Below are positions 19,279 through 26,729 of a DNA stretch of 40,135 bases, in pieces. The notes under the pieces were generated by a model. It made no database searches and was not told the DNA's origin. It was given only the letters and a program-made list of their open reading frames with translations. Each line of letters starts with the position of its first letter. Positions within the stretch are counted from its first letter, which is position 1. Origin of the DNA: Chthoniobacteraceae bacterium. Its GTDB lineage: Bacteria > Verrucomicrobiota > Verrucomicrobiia > Chthoniobacterales > Chthoniobacteraceae. The stretch lies in the NCBI GenBank assembly GCA_031409655.1, contig JANNXQ010000069.1:1-40135 (forward strand), given 5' to 3'. The position numbers and the translations under genes were made by a program.

Positions 19279-20538
19279 ATGCCCCCCCAACTCATCAGCC
19301 TCCTCGGCGTCATCCTCCTCATCGCCTGCGCCTGGGGCTTTTCCAATAATCGCCGCCGCTTTCCCTGGCGTACCGTCCTCTGGGGCGTCGCGCTCCAGTT
19401 CTTCTTCGCCGTCTTCATCCTGAAGACCTCCATCGGCGCTGGCATCTTTGCCGGCGCCCAATCCGTCGTCGATCAACTCAATGTCTTCTCCAACGAAGGC
19501 GCGAAAATGGTCTTCGGTCCGCTCGCCGACGGGCCCGCGCTCACGAATGTCTTTGGCCCCACCGGCGCCTTCGTTTTCGCCATCTCCATCTCCGCCACCA
19601 TCATCCTCATCTCCTCGCTCTCCGCGCTCCTCTACCACTGGGGCGTGCTCCAGCGCGTGGTCGCCGGCATGGCCTGGGTCATGCAGCGGCTCATGGGTAC
19701 GAGCGGGAGTGAAAGTCTCGCCGGCGCGAGTAATATCTTCCTCGGCCAGACCGAAGCCGCCCTGCTCATCCGCCCCTACCTCGCGAAGATGACCCAGAGC
19801 GAGATCATGGCCCTCATGACCACCGGCTTCTCCACCATCGCCACCGGCGTCATGGTCGTCTATGCCGGTCTGCCTTCCATGAGCGCCGGGCACATCATCA
19901 CCGCCTCCGTGCTCGGCGCGCCCGCCGGCCTGCTCATTGCCAAGGTCATGTTTCCCGAGACCGAAGCCAGTGAGACTGGCACCCGCCACCACTTCGCCGT
20001 CCAGAGCACCGACGCGAATTCCATCGACGCCCTCTGCCGGGGCGCCAGCGAAGGCGTCATGCTCGCCATCAATGTCATGGGCATGCTCATCGCCTTCGTC
20101 GCCGTCGTCGCCCTTTTCAATGCCGTCTTCACCTGGCTCCAGAGCGCCGTCGGCATCGCCCAGCCCTGCACCCTCCAGACCATCCTCGGCTGGGTCAATG
20201 CCCCCTTTGCCTGGCTCATGGGCGTGCCGGCGCGGGACTGCGGTTACGTCGGCCAGATCCTTGGTGAAAGGATCGTCCTCAATGAATTCATCGGTTACAT
20301 CAATCTCTCCAACCACGTCAAAGCGAACCCCGGGGCACTCGATCCCCGCTCCATCACTCTCGCCAGCTACGCCCTCTGCGGGTTTGCCAACTTCGCCAGC
20401 ATCGCCATCCAGATCGGCGGCATCAGCGCCCTCGCCCCGGAGCGCCGCCACGATCTCGCCCGCCTCGGCCTGCGCTCCATGTTCGCCGGCCTCCTCGCCT
20501 GTTACCTCATGACCGCCATCGTCGGCGTTCTCCTCTGA
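19279..20538 (+). CDS. nupC: Concentrative nucleoside transporter (CNT/NupC family)
   Basis: GTSGSES...[27 protein letters not shown] and [19 protein letters not shown]. Start placed at MPPQLI. Confidence 0.92.
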   Translation: MPPQLISLLGVILLIACAWGFSNNRRRFPWRTVLWGVALQFFFAVFILKTSIGAGIFAGAQSVVDQLNVFSNEGAKMVFGPLADGPALTNVFGPTGAFVFAISISATIILISSLSALLYHWGVLQRVVAGMAWVMQRLMGTSGSESLAGASNIFLGQTEAALLIRPYLAKMTQSEIMALMTTGFSTIATGVMVVYAGLPSMSAGHIITASVLGAPAGLLIAKVMFPETEASETGTRHHFAVQSTDANSIDALCRGASEGVMLAINVMGMLIAFVAVVALFNAVFTWLQSAVGIAQPCTLQTILGWVNAPFAWLMGVPARDCGYVGQILGERIVLNEFIGYINLSNHVKANPGALDPRSITLASYALCGFANFASIAIQIGGISALAPERRHDLARLGLRSMFAGLLACYLMTAIVGVLL

Positions 20539-20557
20539 GGCCCATTCGAGCCCCCGC

Positions 20558-21358
20558 GTGATCCGTTACTACACCTCCAAGTTTGCCCGCGGCCTCCTCA
20601 CCGCCTGCGAACCCCTCGGCCTCCTCTGGATCGCCCTCACCCTTCTCACCATCCTCCTCTGGCGCCACGGCCAGCGCCGCTTCGCCGTCGCCACCGCCGC
20701 CCTTGTCCTCTTCATCCAGTTAGTCGGCGGTAGCGACTTTTCCCTCGCCCTCATCCGCACCCTCGAGCGGCCCTATACGGACGTGAAATATGCCACCCTG
20801 CCTGCCGCCGACGCCGTCGTCGTCCTCGGGGGCGGCTTCGAACCCTCCCCGCGCGAAGTTGCCCATCTCCACCTTACCCCCGCCGGCGATCGCATCATCA
20901 TGGCCCTCGAACTCCTGCGCCTCGGCAAAGCCCCCGTCCTCTGCATCGGCGGCTCCGGCGTTTATATTGGCGGGAAACATTTCATCGAAAGCGAAGTCGT
21001 CGCCCAGGCCCTCACCGAGCGCCAACTGACCAACGCCGAAATCCTCCCCCTCGGCCGTTGCGCCAATACCGCCGCCGAAGCCCTCGAAGTCCGCAAACTC
21101 GCCACCGCCCGCGGCTGGCAGCGCGTCCTCCTCGTTACCTCCGCCAATCACCTCGCCCGCGCCGAGGCCACCTTCCGCAGCACCGGCATCGATGTTATCC
21201 CCGTGCCCTGCAACTTCATCGCCTACAATGGCCTCCCCGGCCCCTCCCTCCGCCTCCGCATCCCCGGCTACGTCGGCTTTGCCCGCACCGCCACCTGGAT
21301 GCACGAGTGGGTCGGCTGGCAAGCCTACCGCGCCCGCGGCTGGATCACCCTCGAGTAA
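20558..21358 (+). CDS. YdcF/ElyC-like DUF218 protein
   Basis: Two N-terminal TM segments, LE.PY, DAVVVLGGG, DR, NTAAEA, LLVTSANHLARA..F and HEWVG. Confidence 0.88.
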   Translation: MIRYYTSKFARGLLTACEPLGLLWIALTLLTILLWRHGQRRFAVATAALVLFIQLVGGSDFSLALIRTLERPYTDVKYATLPAADAVVVLGGGFEPSPREVAHLHLTPAGDRIIMALELLRLGKAPVLCIGGSGVYIGGKHFIESEVVAQALTERQLTNAEILPLGRCANTAAEALEVRKLATARGWQRVLLVTSANHLARAEATFRSTGIDVIPVPCNFIAYNGLPGPSLRLRIPGYVGFARTATWMHEWVGWQAYRARGWITLE

Positions 21359-21380
21359 CAAGGCTTTGGAAATACCCGGC

Positions 21381-21497
21381 CTCGGTGGATGGCGCGCTCC
21401 GCCGCGCCATGAGCACATCCGCGCGCCGCGCCACCCTGCGAAGATGGGCCTTTGGCGAGCGTTTGTCATGGCGCGACGGAGCGCACCATCCACCGAG
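21381..21497. repeat. REP doublet (REPIN-like), 32-bp inverted arms
   Basis: CTCGGTGGATGGCGCGCTCCGCCGCGCCATGA (21381-21412) and an inverted copy at 21466-21497 with 2 mismatches. Each arm is GTGG plus the hairpin ATGGCGCG/CGCGCCAT. Confidence 0.85.
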
Positions 21498-21795
21498 CGC
21501 CGGGAGGTTTTTCCACAGCCTCCTAACTTAAAAACGACCCACTTACGCCGCAGAAGCTCCACCGTCTGCCGCAAAGCCACCACCTTTTTTGCCGCGTTCT
21601 CTCGCAGATCTGCCACAAACCTCCCCCTTTTCCGAAAACCCGCAACCCCCTCCCACGACCGCGCCATCACCTCCATCCCCCGGCCCCCGATCTGCGAGAC
21701 CGGGTGAAGCCCCGTGGCCTTTTCCAGCAGGGAAAGACGCCGCTGAGTCCCCCAATTTTCAATCTTCAATCCTCAATCCGTCCCTCCGCCCCCCT

Positions 21796-21975
21796 CACAG
21801 ATCATCCCGCCGCCCGCGAGATGCGCCCCGCCAGCCGCGAGATGCTTCCCCATAAGTCCCGGGATAGCTCCCGCACGTTTTGAGATAGTGCCCCAAACCT
21901 TCCGGGGTCCATCCCCTCCCGCCCGAGATGCCTCCCCGCAGAAATGGGATCACCCCCACCCGTCCGGGGCACCCC
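21796..21975. repeat. Degenerate ~21-bp tandem array
   Basis: GAGAT/GGGAT-like core followed by a C-run, recurring at about 21800, 21820, 21841, 21863, 21884, 21906, 21927, 21948 and 21968. Confidence 0.65.
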
Positions 21976-22234
21976 AGCAAACCCCTCACCCCGCCCCCCT
22001 TTTAGACCCAGCAGCGCCCCGGAACTTACCCCCGGCCACCCCCCGCATCCCCGCCCGCACCCGCCACCTGAGGGCGCTCCGCCCTTTCCCACGGGTCGGG
22101 CGAACTTCATTGACCCCCGCCCCCGGGCCCACTAACCCCTAGCCCCATGCGCCCAGCCGCCCCCCCCTTCAATAAATGACTGGCGCAAGCTCCACAATGT
22201 CCCTGCCTCGAAAGTCGCAGTCGTAGATTAACAA

Positions 22235-22710
22235 GTTCGGCGCTGCTCCGCGCATCCTGTGAATAATGCCAAAGAAGAACAATGATTCCGATGCGGCACG
22301 ACGTTACTCGGCACGACTTCTATACCAGTTCCGCGTCGTTGTGGACGGCGACGCCGCCAAGCGCAGGCTTTGCGAGGAGCGCATCATCACGTTCACGGCG
22401 TCACACGCACGCGCTGCCCTCCGTGAAGCCAAGAAGCGAGGCAGAGCAGCCCGCCACAGCTACAAGAACTCCAATGGCTGCCCCGTGCATTTCGAGTTTG
22501 TTGGCGTCCTTGAGTTACTGTGCCTCGACCCCGAGTGCGACGCAGATGAGGTCTGGTATCACATCGTTGAGCGTGTTTCCCCGATGGAGCGGCGGGCCTC
22601 ACTCATCCCGCCCGAAGAAGAACTTAACGCGATACGCTTTAACCAATGACCGCAACGCCTAACCCGGAAGGTTGCTTTGCCGTGGAGCCGGCAAGCAACC
22701 CTTGTTAAAC
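22235..22710 (+). mobile_element. Solitary integron-like gene cassette with atypical attC, no integrase
   Basis: GTTCGGC at 22235, a single ORF, inverse core GCCTAAC at 22657, an imperfect palindrome, and GTTAAAC at 22704. Confidence 0.55.
22266..22649 (+). CDS. DUF4288-like protein
   Basis: YSARLLY, CEERII.F.A...AL..A...G, YKNSNG.PV.FEFVGVLEL pattern. Codon usage differs from the neighbours. Confidence 0.75.
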   Translation: MPKKNNDSDAARRYSARLLYQFRVVVDGDAAKRRLCEERIITFTASHARAALREAKKRGRAARHSYKNSNGCPVHFEFVGVLELLCLDPECDADEVWYHIVERVSPMERRASLIPPEEELNAIRFNQ

Positions 22711-22766
22711 CAGCCCGGAGGCAGCGGCGGCGCGCCTTCGCCGTGGAATTTTAACGGCCCGTCCCG

Positions 22767-25334
22767 TCAGGGATGCCGCACGACGCGGAGGCGGACGAAG
22801 CGGTTGGCGGGGCTGGAGTAGGCCTGGTCCACTTGGACGGCGAGGATGTTCGCTTCGTCGATGATGGAGGTGTCAAAGGGTTCGCCGGTGCCGGTGGGTT
22901 CGGCGCCGGCGAGGCTTTCGGCGATGGTCTCCCAACTGGCGAGGTCGCCACTGACTTCGAGGAAGTAATCCAGGTCCGCGGCGCGGGGGTCGCGGCGGAA
23001 GGTGTAAGTAACCACGATGTCGCCGCCGGATTCCGCGGCGATGACGTTCAGGCCGGTGCTGGCGTCGTTGCGCGCGGTGGGTGACCAGCCGTAGGCGTAT
23101 TCGAGAAGGTTGACGCTGGAGTCGCCGTCGAGGTCGGCGAGGTCGTCCACAAATTGCCCGACGGGGAAGTAACTCTGGAGCCAGCTTTCGCGACGGGTGA
23201 GTTGCGGGGCGGCTGCGTAAGAAATTTCCAAGGTGGGCGGCGCGCCTAAGGAGTCTTTGCTATGGAACTGGCAGGCGGTCTTTTCGGTGTCTTCGCTACC
23301 GCGGAGGATCCAGCCGGCGTTACTGGAGGGAGTAGTGACCCAGCCTTGCACATCGGTGCGGAGCTGAGCAGTGGCGGGCCAGGTCACTAACCCGGCGCTG
23401 GGTGCGGCAGCGAAGGCCGACGCGGTATTCACGAAACTACCCCCGGCGGTGCTCCAGGCTGAGGTGTCGTGGAAGCGCTCCACCCAGGTGGCGTCGTCGG
23501 TGGTGACCTGCGCGCCAAAGCCCTGGTTATTGGCATTCTTGGAGGTGCCTTCGCCCCAGGTCTGATTCAGCCGATGGAGGGAGAGGGTGGAGCCGACGGC
23601 TTCGGGGCCGGCCTTGGTCAAAAACAGTGAGACTTGGGCGGACTGGACGATGGCCGTCGCCGGGAGTGAGGAGATGTCAAAGGCGATCAAGGCGCGCCTG
23701 AGGTAAGGGCCGTAGTTTGTGCCCGTCATGCCGGCGTAGAGGAAGCCGAGGGCGTCGCTGGGGTAGCCAGTGAGGAGGGGGAGAGGGCCGGGCAGGTTTT
23801 CGGAGAAGATGGTGTTGTCCTTGGTGGCGGGGAGGGAGGTGTTCGTGGTTTGCAGGGGCACGATCTGGTAGATGCCGCCGGCAGGCAGGCCATCGGGGCC
23901 GAGGGCGAGCACGCCGTTGTTAGTCTTCAAGCCCACGTAGATTTCACCGCTCTCATCTTCGCCAAGGCAGAGGATGCGTTCGCCGGTGAGGCCACCATTG
24001 GCGGCGACTGCTTTGCCGAGGATGGGGAGGGATTGGGTAAGGGTGAAGACGCCGCTCAGGGGCGCCGTTTCTTCGAGGCCCATGAGGCGGCCATCGGTCA
24101 AGCCGATCTGGCCGTAGTCGCCGAAGATATACTTTCCCTGAAGCGCGGGAATCGCGGGGCCACGATAGACGAACCCACCGGTGATTGAGTAACCGAGCTG
24201 GGGCAGGGGAGGGGCTTCCACGGTCGCGCCAGGATGCGCATAGCGGGCGATGGGGTCGAGCATCGCGGCGACTTCGGCGGGCGGGAGGATGAGTGGGTTG
24301 ACCAGGGCGCCGGAGGAGAACGTGGGGAATTCGACGCCTTCCTTGTAGCGCCAGCCGTAGTTGCCGCCGGCGACGATGATATTGATCTCTTCGGTGCGCC
24401 CGCCGCCGACGTCGCCGCAGAAGAGCCGGTTGGTGCCGCCGGTCCGCCAATCGAAGGAAAACTTCCAGGGGTTGCGCAGGCCGTAGCTATAGATCTCCTC
24501 CCGCACGCCACCGCCGCCGCCGACGAAGGGGTTAGTGGCGGGGATCCCGTATTGGCCGCCGGGGCCATTGGTGCCAAAGGGATCGACGCGCAGGATCTTG
24601 CCGAACAGCCTTGTCTTATCCTGGCTGTTGCCGAGGGCGTTGGTTGGCCGGGGGGCGACGTTATTTCCGCCGGTGTGGCCGAGGTTGTTATCATCCTGAC
24701 TGCCGCCGTCGCCGACGCCGATGTAGAGGTAGCGTGCGCCACCGGGGCCAATCTCCGGCCCGAACTCGACCTGGCCGCCGTTGTGATTGCTCTGCGGTTG
24801 GGTGTAGAGGAGGAGGCGGCGCTCGGAAGTCGGGATGGCAACGTTCGGATTGCCTGCGGAAACCTGAAACTCCGCGATCACCGAGACGGAGTCCGCCGGG
24901 GTGCCGGGGGTATTGGGGGTGGGATCGACGCCGGCGACGTAGGGCTTGACGTAGTTGAGGTAAAACTTCCGGTAGCCGGGGGATGATGGCGTGGTGTAGC
25001 CGGGATGGAAGGTGAGGCCGAGCAGCCCGCGCTCGCTGTAGCCGGTGGTGAGGGCGATCACTTTCCGATCCGCGACATTCACTGCCGTGGCGGAGATATC
25101 GAGGAAGGGGGTCGGGAGGACCATCCCATTTTGGATGATGAGGATCCGCCCGGGCTGATCGCAGACGAAGAGGCGGCCCGAACCGTCCAGTGCAGAGGTG
25201 ATGGTGGTCGGGGAGTGGATTTGCTTGAGCGAAACGGCCTTCAGGGCGGTGGTCGGGAAGGCGCCGCGACTTTGCGGCGCAGCGAGACCGAGGCAGGCAG
25301 AGACGGCGAGGGAAAATGCGGTGCGTGAGTTCAT
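22767..25334 (-). CDS. Secreted glucose/sorbosone (PQQ-dependent) dehydrogenase-like beta-propeller with DNRLRE-like and C-terminal domains
   Basis: DGSGRLFV.DQ.G, ERGLLGL.FHP, NHNGG, LYIGVGDGG, GKILRVD, YGLRNPWKFSFD, GGNYGW, SITGGFVYRG. Then ATKDNTI...RALIAFDISSLP. Start placed at MNSRTA. Confidence 0.85.
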   Translation of the reverse strand: MNSRTAFSLAVSACLGLAAPQSRGAFPTTALKAVSLKQIHSPTTITSALDGSGRLFVCDQPGRILIIQNGMVLPTPFLDISATAVNVADRKVIALTTGYSERGLLGLTFHPGYTTPSSPGYRKFYLNYVKPYVAGVDPTPNTPGTPADSVSVIAEFQVSAGNPNVAIPTSERRLLLYTQPQSNHNGGQVEFGPEIGPGGARYLYIGVGDGGSQDDNNLGHTGGNNVAPRPTNALGNSQDKTRLFGKILRVDPFGTNGPGGQYGIPATNPFVGGGGGVREEIYSYGLRNPWKFSFDWRTGGTNRLFCGDVGGGRTEEINIIVAGGNYGWRYKEGVEFPTFSSGALVNPLILPPAEVAAMLDPIARYAHPGATVEAPPLPQLGYSITGGFVYRGPAIPALQGKYIFGDYGQIGLTDGRLMGLEETAPLSGVFTLTQSLPILGKAVAANGGLTGERILCLGEDESGEIYVGLKTNNGVLALGPDGLPAGGIYQIVPLQTTNTSLPATKDNTIFSENLPGPLPLLTGYPSDALGFLYAGMTGTNYGPYLRRALIAFDISSLPATAIVQSAQVSLFLTKAGPEAVGSTLSLHRLNQTWGEGTSKNANNQGFGAQVTTDDATWVERFHDTSAWSTAGGSFVNTASAFAAAPSAGLVTWPATAQLRTDVQGWVTTPSSNAGWILRGSEDTEKTACQFHSKDSLGAPPTLEISYAAAPQLTRRESWLQSYFPVGQFVDDLADLDGDSSVNLLEYAYGWSPTARNDASTGLNVIAAESGGDIVVTYTFRRDPRAADLDYFLEVSGDLASWETIAESLAGAEPTGTGEPFDTSIIDEANILAVQVDQAYSSPANRFVRLRVVRHP

Positions 25335-25489
25335 GGCGAGGCTGGATTCGGGGGAGTGGTGCGGCGGATAAAAATGCGCGGGAAGATTCGGCGATTCGGG
25401 GGCAGATGGAAAACCCCGGAACCTGTGATCTGGCGCGCAATCCCAGGTCACAATATTTTTATTGTATCAGCTTTGATGCAATCCGCCTC

Positions 25490-26671
25490 TCAAATAAGCG
25501 CCGCGATGTGGCCGCCAATGGCGAGGGAGGCAGTGGCGGCGGGACTGGGGGCGTTCAGGATGTGCAGGGCGTGGTCGCGGGTGACGATGTGGAAGTCCTG
25601 GACGAGCTCGCCTTGCGGGGTCATCGCTTGGGCGCGGACGCCCGCGCCGCCAGGGGTGAGATGCTCGGTGCGGACCTCGGGCACGAGGCGCTGGAGGGCG
25701 TGGCAGAAGCGCTCGCGGGAGAAAGATTGTGCCAGCTCGGAGACGGCCATGCCGGGGTAGCGGCGGAGGAAACGCCAGAGGCCGGGGAAGGTGAGGGCAT
25801 CGGCGAGGTCGCGCACATTGACATCGGTGACGCGGTAGCCTTCGCGGGCAAAGGCGAGCACGGCATTCGGCCCGGCCTCGACGCCGCCGCCGATCATCCG
25901 GGTGAAATGGACGCCGAGGAACGGGAACGCGGGATCGGGCACCGGATAGATGAGGTGCTTCACGAGGGACTGCGCCTCCGCACTGAGCTGATGATATTCA
26001 CCGCGGAAAGGGACGATGCGGACCTCGCGCTTTTCTCCAGCGAGCTGGCAGACGCGGTCGCTGTGCAGGCCTGCGGTATTCACGAGCCACTCGCCGCGCG
26101 CGGCGTCGCCAGGGGTCTCCGCGATCCACTCCGCGCCGTGGCGCTGGAGGCCGCGCACGGGGGTGCTGGTGCGGATGACGCCGCCCCTTTCCTGGATCTG
26201 CCGCGCCATGGCCTCGCAGACGGCGCGGTAATCGACGATGCCCTCCTCCGGGACCTGCGCGGCAGCGAGGCCGGCGGCGTGCGGTTCGATGCGCCGAATC
26301 TCCTCCCGCTCGATGCGCCGCATGCCAGTGAGCCCATTGGCGACGCCGCGGCGGAGCAGCTCATCGAGCCGCGGCAGTTCCTCCTCGCTGGTGGCGACCA
26401 CGAGTTTGCCACAGATTTCATGAGGAATGTCGTGCGCGCGGCAGAAGGCGATCATCTCGCGAATGCCCGAGACGGCGAGCCGGGCCTTCAGCGAGCCGGG
26501 CTTGTAGTAGAGGCCGCAGTGGAGCACGCCGGAGTTGTGGGTGCTCTGGTGCCGCGCGACTTGCGGCTCTTTCTCCAGCACCGTGAGCTGGGCCTGCGGA
26601 TGGCGCTCGAGCAGCTTCAGGGCGGTGGCGAGGCCGACGATGCCGCCGCCGACGATGAGGGCCGACTTCAC
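25490..26671 (-). CDS. lhgO: L-2-hydroxyglutarate oxidase
   Basis: IVGGGIVGLATA, HQSTHNSGVLH.GLYY.PGSLKA, IYPVPDP.FPFLGVHFT, AGVRAQA, NAPSPAATASL. GTG start. Confidence 0.92.
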   Translation of the reverse strand: MKSALIVGGGIVGLATALKLLERHPQAQLTVLEKEPQVARHQSTHNSGVLHCGLYYKPGSLKARLAVSGIREMIAFCRAHDIPHEICGKLVVATSEEELPRLDELLRRGVANGLTGMRRIEREEIRRIEPHAAGLAAAQVPEEGIVDYRAVCEAMARQIQERGGVIRTSTPVRGLQRHGAEWIAETPGDAARGEWLVNTAGLHSDRVCQLAGEKREVRIVPFRGEYHQLSAEAQSLVKHLIYPVPDPAFPFLGVHFTRMIGGGVEAGPNAVLAFAREGYRVTDVNVRDLADALTFPGLWRFLRRYPGMAVSELAQSFSRERFCHALQRLVPEVRTEHLTPGGAGVRAQAMTPQGELVQDFHIVTRDHALHILNAPSPAATASLAIGGHIAALI

Positions 26672-26729
26672 GCGCGAGAGTCGGAGGAATGGGCGACCGG
26701 CGATCCTCCCCGCCCTCGGGTGGAGACGG

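Noticed and set aside
21691..21752. Cobalamin riboswitch or group II intron fragment (GGGTGAAGCCCC)
   Set aside because: It lacks the upstream GGGAA and GCCACTG/B12-box elements and any intron domain V or RT gene.
21541..21975. CRISPR array
   Set aside because: The period is about 21 nt with degenerate cores, there are no identical 23-47 nt repeats with unique spacers, and no cas genes.
21543..22142. Short Pro/Gly-rich ORFs in the intergenic tract, or an integrase remnant
   Set aside because: Low-complexity translations of C/G runs with no tyrosine recombinase motifs.
21500..22230. oriC call
   Set aside because: Only one DnaA-box-like 9-mer, no AT-rich unwinding element, no dnaA/dnaN/gidA nearby, and flanking genes point towards the site. 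Kept only as an alternative in the skew finding.
22282..22662. Alternative-frame ORF ending in the TAA of GCCTAAC
   Set aside because: The overlapping 22266-22649 frame has the recognisable DUF4288-like pattern, while this one is Ser/Arg-rich with no motifs.
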